A stretch of DNA of 64,000 nt, from NCBI GenBank assembly GCA_001661245.1, contig KV454016.1, positions 433,381-497,380 of the forward strand, read 5' to 3'. Origin of the DNA: Pachysolen tannophilus NRRL Y-2460. Lineage: Eukaryota. The translations under genes were made by a program, and so were the position numbers. Below the pieces are notes generated by a model. It was not told the origin of the DNA. It saw nothing but the letters and a program-made list of their open reading frames with translations, and ran no database searches. How positions within the stretch are numbered: the stretch's first letter is position 1; every line of letters begins with the position of its first letter. Shown piece by piece: positions 1 through 11,300 of this stretch.

Positions 1-761
1 AAACCCGAATGAACAGCTGTTAATCCTTCTAAAATTTTTTGAAAATCTGGTGAAAGCCTATCGTATGCTTCTTGTGTATCAGCAAAAGCAGTATCACCAC
101 CAACTGTTGGTCCATCAAGAATACCCAAGAAAGTCAATCCGAGGGGTTGTAATTCGTATGAAACATCCGAGTGCCATGTCATTGTTGTAATATGTTGTTT
201 TAAATAAGAACCGGATGATGCCTTAGTATATTTATCCTTATAGACTAAATGAATATTTGGATGACCTCTTGGAGCTCCTGAAGTTGGATGAGAATGTAAA
301 GGACCATAATATTCACCATATTGTTCAACAAAATCTGGACCTTGAGAAGCAAAATCTTGATCTCTAAAAATGACAACACCTTTTTGAGCAACATATAAGG
401 CTAAATCATTTTTAGCAGCATCTGAAAGTTTTGATAATTGAATACCATGAATAATTGTACCAAACTTTGGAGTTAATTCTTCAATTTTAATTGAATTAGA
501 TTCTAAATCATTTGATGGAAATAAATTTTTTAATTTAGGATCTGCATCTAAACCTCTATCTCTAAATTTAAATTCTTTATAAGGTTCTTGCCTTTCAGTT
601 AAATCCCATGTTGGAGCAAACGCTGGATAAGTTAATTTTTCAGTATCTTCATCAGAAATTAATAAATATTTCTTATCTTCTGATAAGTGTCTATGAATTG
701 AATATGTGGTCTTGTAAGCACCAACACTATGTACTTCTTTTTTTTCGTTTTCTACAGTCAT
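1..761 (-). CDS. TauD/TfdA-family alpha-ketoglutarate-dependent sulfonate dioxygenase (Jlp1-like), 3' end runs off the window
   Basis: Hand translation from ATG 761: MTVENEKKEVH...ELTPKFGTIIHGIQLSKLSDAAKNDLALYVAQKGVVIFRDQD...WHSDVSYELQPLGLTFL...GGDTAFADTQEAYDRLSP; HxD iron-binding motif and GGDT motif of TauD. Absent from the ORF track because no stop is in the window. Confidence 0.9.
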   Translation of the reverse strand, partial: MTVENEKKEVHSVGAYKTTYSIHRHLSEDKKYLLISDEDTEKLTYPAFAPTWDLTERQEPYKEFKFRDRGLDADPKLKNLFPSNDLESNSIKIEELTPKFGTIIHGIQLSKLSDAAKNDLALYVAQKGVVIFRDQDFASQGPDFVEQYGEYYGPLHSHPTSGAPRGHPNIHLVYKDKYTKASSGSYLKQHITTMTWHSDVSYELQPLGLTFLGILDGPTVGGDTAFADTQEAYDRLSPDFQKILEGLTAVHSG

Positions 762-900
762 AATTATTTATAAGAAAGTAAACTTTTTTCTGATTTAATT
801 TTAAAAATAAACTTGAACATAATTTTATGGAATATCATTCATATATATATATATATATATAGATAATATTAGCCAACCAAGACAAACTTAAAGCTCTTTG

Positions 901-1031
901 AACCACAGTATTTTTCAACTTTAGTAATTAGTTCAGTACATAAGAAAAGTGTGTTTTGAACTATGATGCATCAATTCACATGATTTTCTTCATTATTATG
1001 CAGATCTGAAAGAGGAAAGGGCCCACACTTT
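901..1031. promoter_or_regulatory. Putative sulfur-regulon sites (Met31/32-like and Cbf1-like) upstream of the Jlp1-like gene
   Basis: CCACAGT 903-909 and CCACACTTT 1023-1031 resemble the reverse of AAACTGTGG; TCACATGA 976-983 is one mismatch from TCACGTGA. Confidence 0.4.
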
Positions 1032-1110
1032 TAAGCCAAATAAAAAAAGATAAAACCAACAGATTTAATGATATAATGAATATATGGAATAGAATTGATC
1101 TATCCATATA

Positions 1111-1149
<39 letters not shown>

Positions 1150-2031
1150 AGTTCCATAGATGTTAAGCTGGTATTGAATAGTATTAAATAGTACTTCAAA
1201 TTCTTGGACATAAATATTTATGGACGATATTTAAAAATCATGTTCGCTTGTCGCATGAGCGATAAAACCCCAAACCCCAATTTTCCATTCTACTTAAAGT
1301 AATGCTTTTACTTTTAGTTTATCTTTATTGCTTTATTCTTAAATCCAATATATTACACTTTATAATACCACCATATCCAATGGCAATTAATAGTACATCA
1401 TATCATTATCACTATTCAATCCCAATTTTTTTAGGATTTTTCAAATACATTTCTCGGATAATTCTCGGATATTAAAGGACATTAAAGGCCTTTTTATAAA
1501 AAAAAAATTTTTCCGCAGAGAGATTAGATAACAAAGAAACAGGTACTAAAAAAAATTCCCAAAGTGGAAGTTTGGCAGATAGATGAACGACCGTTTATTA
1601 TTCATATTTTTTTTTCTTTTTTTTTGCCTTTACGTCTCTCTCTCTCTAATCTAGACGAAATTGGAAAATCTTTTTGACCACTTTTAAATTAAATAATAAT
1701 ATTATATAATTAATTTATTATATTAATTATTTATCTATCTTTTTTTTTTTACCATTTAATATATCTTTTTTTCTTTTCATTTAGATATTAAAAAGTTATC
1801 TGCTTTATTTGTTTTCTTTTTTTTTTTTGTTTTATTTTTTTTTTTAATTTTTGTTTATCCATCGGATTAAAATTTTTTTGAAACAAGCGGGATATTATTA
1901 AACGGAAAACTTAAATTTTGGAGTCATAAACATTTAAATTAAGGCAACACAACGTCGCAAAGTAGTAATTGTTTAAAAAAAAATTTTTTTTTTTCTTTTG
2001 AAGAAATAAGAAGATTTAAGAGATTTAAAAG

Positions 2032-3588
2032 ATGTCGAATCAGAGTAAAGATATAGTGGATTTTAAAGGTGAAGTTGCCAGTGAATTAAACTGTCAAACA
2101 TATGAGTCGCTTAAAATTTGGAAAATGTTTAGTTCCAAGAAATCAAATTTACCTAATCATCAAAGAATTCAAAATTTATCATGGAGGTTGAATTCTATTT
2201 CAAATTCCAAGAAATTAGCAAGAAGAAATAATCAAAATATGATTATTAAACCGAAAATGAATTTGAATCATATACGGGGAGCAAATTCTGGTATTAGTAA
2301 TGAAGAATTTGATTATATTGAGCATATTAGGAAAATGTCAAAAGAAGAATTTGATGATTATAATAATACTTCACTTTCTAAAGTACCATTACCTGTTCAT
2401 ACTTTTAAATCTAGACAACAAAATATTGTTAATCAAACAAATCCAATTAATATACATAATAATAATGTCATGAATATTGATCATTCACCAGAAACTGCAA
2501 ATAGCCTAACTTCAAATTCAAATTCAATTTTTTCATCAAAATATGATCACTCACTTTCTGTATCAAGTCAATTCTCAAATCCTCCTCAAGCACATTATAA
2601 ACCTGAATTAGCAAGTATAATTCAAGATAATATAGATAATGATAATAATAATCGTCATGGTGATCCTTCGTTTGATATTGAAAATTTCTTAGATTTTGAT
2701 AATAAGAATAAATTTGCTGGTTCTAATGGATCTAATGGTGTAATAAATACAGATGAAAATAATAACAATAATAATAATAATAATAATAGAGCACTTGTTG
2801 GTGATTCGAATTTTAATGAATTTGATTTAGTGGATTTAACAAAATTAGATGTATTAAGTGAATTTGGTGCTGGAGGAGATAATCATGATATAACCATTTT
2901 TAATTCAAATAGAAACCATGATGTACTGTTGCATGAAAAAAATTTTTCATTATCTAATTATATAAATTCATTAGAAAGAGCAGTTAAAGAAGAAAATGGG
3001 AAACTTGATTTAACTAATAAGAGGAAACTGAATAAATCTTTTCTGAATAAAGATAATTTTTTCCATAATCAAGATTATAATTCATCTTACAAGACAAATT
3101 CAACAGTGGATATGACTACAAATACATTCTCACAATCAGTACCGATATCTTCCACTTCTTCAAACAAACAGCCAATGCGCTGTCATAGTTGTAATACAAC
3201 AACAACTCCCTTGTGGAGAAAATCAACAAATGAAAAAAATGAATCTTTAATCTTATGCAATGCATGTGGATTATTTTTAAAATTACATGGAAGTTTAAGT
3301 AAAAGAGGTGGTACGAAAAATGGCAATGGCGACGTAATTGGTAACGTTAATGGAAATGGTAACAGTAATAGTAATAGCAGCAGTAACGGGCACTTCGCAG
3401 ACGACCAGATGGGCGAAGTTGTTGATCAATTCCCTAATAAAAGACAGCAGTTTGATTTATTTTCAATTCAGAAACTTCAACTGCAACAACATTTACCACA
3501 GCAAAGGGCAAAACTGTCAACAATGGTAAATGGCGTGAGAAGCAAAATTCCTGAAGGCGATTACGATTGGTTGAAGTTTGGTTTATAA
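2032..3588 (+). CDS. Nitrogen-regulatory GATA zinc-finger factor (Gat1/Gln3/AreA-like), atypical finger
   Basis: N-terminal DUF1752-like motif (IWKMF...LPNHQRIQNLSWRL), finger CHSC...TPLWRK...LCNACGLFLKLHG, C-terminal DWLKFGL motif as in Gln3/AreA-type proteins. Confidence 0.85.
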   Translation: MSNQSKDIVDFKGEVASELNCQTYESLKIWKMFSSKKSNLPNHQRIQNLSWRLNSISNSKKLARRNNQNMIIKPKMNLNHIRGANSGISNEEFDYIEHIRKMSKEEFDDYNNTSLSKVPLPVHTFKSRQQNIVNQTNPINIHNNNVMNIDHSPETANSLTSNSNSIFSSKYDHSLSVSSQFSNPPQAHYKPELASIIQDNIDNDNNNRHGDPSFDIENFLDFDNKNKFAGSNGSNGVINTDENNNNNNNNNNRALVGDSNFNEFDLVDLTKLDVLSEFGAGGDNHDITIFNSNRNHDVLLHEKNFSLSNYINSLERAVKEENGKLDLTNKRKLNKSFLNKDNFFHNQDYNSSYKTNSTVDMTTNTFSQSVPISSTSSNKQPMRCHSCNTTTTPLWRKSTNEKNESLILCNACGLFLKLHGSLSKRGGTKNGNGDVIGNVNGNGNSNSNSSSNGHFADDQMGEVVDQFPNKRQQFDLFSIQKLQLQQHLPQQRAKLSTMVNGVRSKIPEGDYDWLKFGL

Positions 3589-3609
3589 ATTAGTTTTAAA
3601 TTTTGGGTC

Positions 3610-3640
<31 letters not shown>

Positions 3641-4276
3641 CAAGTTTTCAATTCTTTTCAATTCTCTTGAATCAACTTCTTGTGAAGTTTTTTCATTTTT
3701 TTTTTATTATTTTATTTTTATCTAGATAATATTTCCTCTTTTTTCTTTTTGTTTTTTTGTTTTGTTTCTGTTTCTGTTTGTCTTTGTGTTTTTTTGTTAA
3801 ATATTCTTCTTCCATTTTGTGATTTTTTTATTGAAGGTTGATATCGATTTTGGTTAGTTAATTTTTTTTTTCATTTTTATTTTCGTTTATATTATATTTT
3901 ACATATTCCTTTTTATATTTGATTTAGATGCTTTTTTTCTTTTCTAATTAAAAGATAATATTCATTTACATTAAGCAAGCAGATACTTTGGCATTTTGTA
4001 TTTCCGGATAAATGATTTTTTATTAAACACAAGATTGTTAAAATAGAGATAAAAAGAAAAAAGAAAAAAAAGAAGCTTGAACAAGAAGAAGAAGAAGAAG
4101 AAAAAGAAAACTATATTAAAAAAAAAAAAAAAGAAGAAAAAAAAAGCATTTTTTTTCTAACCTTAGTTGAAAGCAATTTTATATTAATTAATTAATTAAT
4201 TAATTTAGTTTCCATTTTTCTTTTCTTTTCTTTCCATCATGATTTTAATTTTTTAATTCTTGTTAATTAATTACAT

Positions 4277-4759
4277 TTATTCAACCTCATCAAATTTTTC
4301 ACCTTCAGTCAACTCTGGAATATCGTCTCCTGCAGTCTCTTCAACTTTTTCACCTGAAGCACCAGCGGCACCACCATCTGCTTGTTGTTGTAAGCTCAAC
4401 TGCTGAGCCAATTGCTGCAACATCTGTAAATTCTCTGTACCTAATTGTGGTAAAATTTGTGGAATCAATTCAGTAATTTCCTTTTCTTGAGCGTAACCAG
4501 TAAATGAAAAAGTATTATGTTCCATTGCAGCTTGAACACCAACCCTGTTGAAATGTAAAACTTTACCATCATCTTTAAAGAAATTAGCCTCTTCAATATG
4601 GTCTAAAGTTTGAGGGTGTAATTTTTGAAGAGCTGCTTGTAATTTAGAATCATCTTCTGAAGAAGTCTTATTAACTTTCTTGGCTTTAACTCTTGAACCA
4701 CCAACTTTCTTGGATGAAGCTTTTTGCAACTTGGCTAATTTTTCTGGATCAATAGGCAT
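4277..4759 (-). CDS. EGD1: Nascent polypeptide-associated complex beta subunit
   Basis: MPIDPEKLAKLQ...KVGGSRVK...DDSKLQAALQKL...IEEANFFKDDGKVLHFNRVGVQ; first ATG at 4759; RRPE-like TGAAAAATT motifs upstream. Confidence 0.95.
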   Translation of the reverse strand: MPIDPEKLAKLQKASSKKVGGSRVKAKKVNKTSSEDDSKLQAALQKLHPQTLDHIEEANFFKDDGKVLHFNRVGVQAAMEHNTFSFTGYAQEKEITELIPQILPQLGTENLQMLQQLAQQLSLQQQADGGAAGASGEKVEETAGDDIPELTEGEKFDEVE

Positions 4760-5115
4760 TGTCTTGGATTTGTTATACAACTAGATCTTACTTATTTGTT
4801 ATATCAATTATAATATATATATAGATATTTATTATACTATTACTATATTATACCTACTCACCTTTAACCTTGCCTGACAAAAATTTTTTGTCGACGAATT
4901 TTTTCACCAACGAAATTTTTCACTGGTTATGAACAATTACAAACACTACTAATAATACAATACAAAAATACAAAAATACTAAGTACAAAATACGATATTG
5001 ATGATATAAATATAGAGATATAATAAATACATATATTGAGAGTTATGGGAAGCTCTTTTCTTGGTTTCTATTTAGATTGGAATTGAAATTGAAATTGAAA
5101 TTGAAAGTAAAAGTT

Positions 5116-6072
5116 TTAAGATTGTTCTGTATCACTAGTATTCTTGATATGGACTAATCCTCTGTGATGTTCTTCTAGATCGATATTATTTTCTTTTAAG
5201 ATTGTATCCAACTCATCATTTTTCCTGCCCTCTTCATTAGGGATGTTTAACGTTTTCAACAACCGATCTCTATTTCTTCTACAAGTTAAGGTTGAAATAT
5301 GTCTTTTTAATGCATCTTTCCTTGCAAATCCTTTGTGACAAAGCTTACAAACGTTGGGTAATACTTCCAAATGAGTCTTTTCGTGTCTTTTCAAATCAGA
5401 AGATCGACGGAATGATAAGGAACATTTGTTACAAATAAAAGGTTTTTCTGAACCATCATTTAAAAGTGAGTTGGAATTTTTACTTGTAATTGAATTTCCT
5501 CTCGACATAGGTTCAACCTCATGTGGTACTATTGGTGGCAATACTGGCAGCAATATTGGCAGCGGTAGTACAGACAGTGCTTGTTGCTGAGATTCCTGTT
5601 GCTGTTTCTGCTGCTGAGGTTTCTGCAGTGGAACCTGCTGTTGTGGCACCTGCTGCAGTGCCTGTAGCCTGCCATTGAAATTGTCAATGGATGTAATTGC
5701 TGCGGTTGAAATACTATGGTGCCTTCTCACATTGGGGTCAAACATGTTCAAAGATAAATCAGGGAAATCTATATTATGGCTGTCATTACTAGCGGCATTA
5801 TCATTATCATTATGATAACTAAACCGACGTGGGTCCAAGTTGGACTGTTGCTGTTGTTGTTGTTGTTGCTGGTGCTGCTGTTGCTGGCGAAGAGGATACT
5901 GTAACGGTAAACCCCCATGTGGAGACGAAAAATACTGTACCCTTTCCAATAGAGTTTTTATTGTAGGATCAACTTGGTCTTTTATAGGAGCCGATTGTAA
6001 TACTTCATTAGCTAATTTTAAAAAATTTAAATCATCTGGTGTTGACTTCCTCCTCTTATTTGCATTATCGTC

Positions 6073-6104
<32 letters not shown>

Positions 6105-6237
6105 CTTCATTATTATTATGGGTCTTGGAAGTATCACCACCTAAAGAATGAGTATGAGAAACATTATTGTTATTATTTCGATTTTTAGAAGAGTTAAAAA
6201 GCTCTAATAGCAACCTTGCTTCATAGTTTTGATCCAT
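5116..6237 (-). CDS. MET32: C2H2 zinc-finger sulfur-metabolism regulator, Met31/Met32 orthologue
   Basis: FICNKCSLSFRRSSDLKRHEKTHLEVLPNVCKLCHKGFARKDALKRHISTLTCRRNR matches the Met31/32 finger pair; adjacent to EGD1 as in S. cerevisiae (EGD1-MET31, BTT1-MET32). Confidence 0.88.
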
Positions 6238-6502
6238 TATTGATGTAAATACAAACACAACAGCAACATCAACATTGAATAAACAAACAAACCACTATAT
6301 AATAAACAAGAGATAAAATGCAGGGGTTAAATAATATTTTCCTTTTCTAATCATAGATACTTTTACCTACATATATACAAATAATTTTAAATTGGATGAA
6401 GGATATCATAATAAATAATACAAATGCAATTAATTGCCAAAAAATACGCAAAATTTTGTGTTTTCAAATTTTTTTTAAAACAAATTTAATAAAATCAGGA
6501 AA

Positions 6503-6512
6503 GCCACAGTTT
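6503..6512 (-). promoter_or_regulatory. Met31/Met32 binding site AAACTGTGGC upstream of MET32
   Basis: GCCACAGTTT on + equals AAACTGTGGC on -, a perfect consensus ~265 bp upstream of the ATG. Confidence 0.65.
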
Positions 6513-6590
6513 TCCTATTTACACGACTTATCACACAACCTCCTACACCATATAGGTATAACACCCTGCACCACCTTTTTCTTTTTTTTA

Positions 6591-7208
6591 CTATACAAAC
6601 AATACATGATCTCTAACCATTTTATTTAACTTTGAATTAAACTGTTGTAATTCTGTGAGTCGTACAATATCGCAACCTTTTAAAGAAGTTACTATTCGTA
6701 TAATATTTGGTGTAGATAATCCTGTAATTCTGGACCAATAATTTTCATCATTATTATTACTAGATAGAATAAATGCACCTAATATTAACTCTTTTAAACA
6801 ATAATTATCACATTGATATTTGAGTTTATAATTTTGTAATACCAAAACTGATTTCTCATAATTCTTCAAGCTGAGCCGACTTCTAGTCAATAGCAGTTTA
6901 GCAAAAATATATAACTCATCAAATTTAACATCATTTTGAGGAAAAATATCTAATATACAACTAAGAACAAGTTTAACAATAAGATCCATCAATTGATACC
7001 TTTCATGATACAAATCAACATTTTCAGATTCATCTTCTGAAGAAAAATCAGAATCATATTTATTATTATAATAATTTTTTAGTCCATCATCTCGATGGTA
7101 ATTTCTATCCTGCAGTTGCAGATTTTTTTTTGGAAAAAAATGTCCCGAATCCATTATAGTTACTGGTGGTGATAATGAAACATCATGACAGTTTGAACTC
7201 ACCCCCAT
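6591..7208 (-). CDS. Small protein with a degenerate Pho80/Pcl-type cyclin box; syntenic with YPL039W
   Basis: LLTRSRLSLKNYEKSVLVL...ELILGAFILSS...YWSRITGLS resembles the Pcl5-like pattern LRRSR.S....ALYYL...FLAALILASK...WSKISGL; lies between MET31/32 and ISM1. Start uncertain (7208 or 7154). Confidence 0.55.
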   Translation of the reverse strand: MGVSSNCHDVSLSPPVTIMDSGHFFPKKNLQLQDRNYHRDDGLKNYYNNKYDSDFSSEDESENVDLYHERYQLMDLIVKLVLSCILDIFPQNDVKFDELYIFAKLLLTRSRLSLKNYEKSVLVLQNYKLKYQCDNYCLKELILGAFILSSNNNDENYWSRITGLSTPNIIRIVTSLKGCDIVRLTELQQFNSKLNKMVRDHVLFV

Positions 7209-8360
7209 TATAGTCACAACCTTCAACCTCAAATCAACCAAGTTCAAGTCACCCTCCCCACTATAGGAACAAATAAGTATATTTTTTTTTGTGTTTTTTT
7301 TTATTATTTTATAAATGAAGTTTCTCTTTGTTTATGACTCAAAACTAAAGAAAGAAAAAAAAAAAAAAAAAAGAAAAAAAAAATTAGAGCAAAAAAAAAA
7401 GCCGCATCGCATCTGGATCAAAAATTAGGGGTTTAAAAACAAAGGGGAAAATTAAAAGGTGAAGATGTTGTTGTTATTTTTTTATTACACATTTTATATG
7501 ATCATTAGCCAGATGCCAATGAGATGGCAATAATTTGTATGGTATTAAAGATGATAATGTTGTTGTTTGTTGCTACTACTACCACTACTACTACCGATTG
7601 ATTAAAAAAAAAAAATTGAAAATTTATCTTTTACTCTTTAACAACTTCCCTAAACAAAGAGCTAGTTCCTTATATTACATTGAGTACACAATAACATGAA
7701 CTACCAAGACTAAACTTGTTCAAAATACAATTAAGCAATCTCATTTCCATGATGGAATGAATCAATTGCTAAAAATCATTGAAATTTACAACAAGAAATT
7801 CTGATCAGCAAATACCAAGGGGGTTTATACGCTTAATACGAGAAACCACTTCAAGTTCGAGATTCAGTATCAAGATATGCACCAAATGACGGAATCAAAT
7901 TTATCAATTTAAACATTCAATGAATATCCTTTTTTTTGAAAAGTCCTGAATAGCGGTGGTAAAAGCCCAACTTTACATACCACACACTTACTCGCAGAAA
8001 GCTTAGCTTAGCTGTTGTTGTTAGCTATAAAGTAAGAAGAGAAAAAAAAAAGGCGCTGTATTAATGACACGTGTTTTACATTTACACACTTACACTCACT
8101 CTCACACACACACAGTGAATAAAAAGCGCTCATTGTTCCGGCTGGTCGATGCATCGTCTGCCATTTTGTGTTTTTTTTTATTTTTTTGAAATTTTTCAGC
8201 GTTATCTTGCACGACCATAATTTTCCACCATCGTTTTTGCACTGGAGTTTTTTTTTCTTTTAAAGGTTGGTTAACTACGATTTCTGGAAAGCGTATTATT
8301 GTTTGTCATAATATATATATATCTAAAGATTTTTTTTCTGGCCGTATGGTATATTAGAGG

Positions 8361-11300
8361 ATGAAACTACTTTGTGAAGGAGTGAATGGGGTGGCTAAGA
8401 GGTTGAATTTTCAATTATATGTGGGGAAGCATTATTATTCCACAAAGCAGAAGAAAAATTCTGTTGAGGATAACGATGATTTATCACACAAGTATTCGTT
8501 AAGTTTAAAATTACCATCTACTGAGTTCCCAAATAGATCTTCACAAGAATTAATTCAAAATAAATTGATTCCACAATGTTCTACAAATTTATATGATTGG
8601 AATAGTGGTAAGGAGGTAGATTCAATTAAGGATTTGTTTATATTACATGATGGTCCTCCATATGCTAATGGTAATTTACATATTGGACATGCTTTAAATA
8701 AAATTTTAAAAGATATGGTTAATAGGTTTCAATTGATTAATGGTAAAAAAATTTTTTATAAACCTGGATGGGACTGTCATGGGTTACCTATTGAGTTAAA
8801 AGCTTTAGAAAAATTAAATAGTTCTACAAAGAGGAAAGATTTGGATCCTGTTAAGATTCGTAAATTAGGTAAAGAACATGCTTTACAAGCTGTAAATTTA
8901 CAAAGTGAAGATTTCAAAAGTTGGGCAATAATGGGAGATTTTATGAATCCTTACAAGACTTTGGATAATACTTATGTGGTGACACAGTTGAAAATGTTTA
9001 AGAAAATGTTTGATAATGGGTTGATACATAGACAAAAAAAACCCGTTTATTGGGGTTGTGAAAACTCTACTGCATTAGCAGAGGGGGAATTAGAATATAA
9101 TGAAAATCATAAATCCACAGCTGCTTATATAAAATTCCAAATGGTTAACTTTAAACTTCTGGATGTTGATGTTGAAATCACGGGGAATACAAGTGCTTTA
9201 ATATGGACTTCAACTCCATGGACAATTGTCTCTAATAAGGCAATATCAATTAATGAGAATTTAACTTATAGTATATTGAAATCTCAACAACATGGATACT
9301 TGATTGTTGCAGAAGATTTAATTTCAAATTGTCTGAAATTTGATGGTACAATAAAAGATACTAAAATTAGATTCTTGGGGAAACAACTTGTTGGTTCCAC
9401 ATATTCCAATCCATTTACTAATGAAGCTTTACCAATAATTTCAGGTAGTCATGTTACCAATACTGCAGGTACTGGTTTAGTTCACACAGCTCCAGGACAT
9501 GGTCATGATGATTATTTGGTTTGCTTAGAGAATGGTATAAAACCATATTCACCTGTTGATAATTATGGTAGGTATACAGAAAAAGTGCCTGATAGTTGTA
9601 GAGATTTAATAAAGAAAAAAGTCTTGGGAGAAGGTAATGAATTAATGATAAATAAATTACAAACTTTAAACATGCTTTTCCATTTAGATAGAAATTATAT
9701 CCATTCTTATCCTTACGATTGGAGATCTAAGAAACCAATTATTATTAGATCTACTCCACAATGGTTTATAAATGTTGAAAAAATTAAAAAAATCACAACT
9801 GAATTATTAAATTCAAGAGTAAAATTTTTCCCCGAACGTGGTTCCAAAAGATTGATTTCATTTATTAAAAATAGAAACGAATGGTGTATTTCAAGACAAA
9901 GAAGTTGGGGTGTGCCAATACCTGTGATATATGATAAAAATACAGACGAAGCAATATTAACAGACGATTTACTTGATAAAATCATTAATGTTGTTGAAAA
10001 GGATAGCCCCAATAAATGGTTTGATCCTAACTCCAGTATAATAGAATGGTTACCAGAGTCTCTACAAGATAAGGCCGACCATTTAGTCAGAGGAACAGAT
10101 ACAATGGACGTGTGGTTTGATAGTGGTACTTCTTGGAACATAATTGAACAGTATCTTGTTGAAAATAATTTTATTCAAGATGCTAATCTGAGAGGTTATC
10201 TTGCAGATATATATTTGGAAGGTAGTGATCAACACAGGGGTTGGTTTCAAAGTTCAATATTGACTAAAATGGCAACAACAAAAGCAGCATCTCTTCCTGA
10301 AACTGATTTACATATTGAAAGTTCTTCTTCTACATTTGATAATATTGTTCTTCCATATAATAAAATTATCACCCATGGATTTACATTAGATGAAAAGGGA
10401 AACAAAATGTCTAAATCGTTGGGAAATATTATTTCTCCAGATTCAATCATTTATGGAGATAAGAAACTGAAGCTCCCACTGATCGGTGTCGACGGCTTAA
10501 GACTCTGGGTTGCACAATCAGATTATTCCAATGATGTTAATGTAGGATCAACCATTTTGAAACGTGTTGGTGAGAATTTGAAAAAAATTAGAATAACATT
10601 ACGGTTCTTATTGGGAAATTTGAATGATTTTAATGGAGAAGAAGTTAGTTATGAAAATCTTTCATTTTTAGATAAATTCACATTATCAAAGCTTTCTAAT
10701 CTTTCACTACTGTCTAAGGAAAATTTTGAAAATTTCAGTTATTCCAAGATAATAAGAGAATTGAATAACCACATGAATGTCAATTTATCTTCGATATATT
10801 TCGATATATCTAAAGATTGTCTTTATGCGGATGGTACAAGCTCACATAGAAGAAGATCCATCCAGACAGTATTGGTGGCAATTTTCAAAACTTATATCTC
10901 GATATTGTCACCTATATTACCTGTATTAACTCAAGAAGCATGGAACCATGCTCCAGATTTCATTACTAATGGTACACTGTCACCTTTCATGAAAAATTGG
11001 TATCAATTACCACTTGAATTCAGAGATCTCACATTAGAGGCAGAATTCGAAAATATAATTTGGCCCATTAAGGATCAGTTGAAAATCTTGGTAGATAAAG
11101 GTTCAAGAATAGATAAGCTGATAAAAAATACGTTGGAAACAAAAGTTTACATAACGACACAAAACCAAAATTCAAACACCTTAAATGTGTTGAACAAGCA
11201 CAGGGAACATTTAGCTGATTATTTTTTAACTTCGAAGCTATGCATTAATGATAATGTCCCTAAAGATAAAAGTGATTATAATTATGAATCAAAATTCACC

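Noticed and set aside
5840..6151. Poly-Cys ORF (MDCCCCCCCC...) resembling a metallothionein
   Set aside because: It is the antisense reading of the poly-Gln/poly-Asn codons of MET32 and has no ATG start.
7250..8360. Possible ncRNA or pseudogene in the 1.1 kb spacer before ISM1
   Set aside because: Only short frames, an imperfect C-box and generic promoter motifs (CACGTG, RRPE-like); no recognisable guide, tRNA or protein motif.
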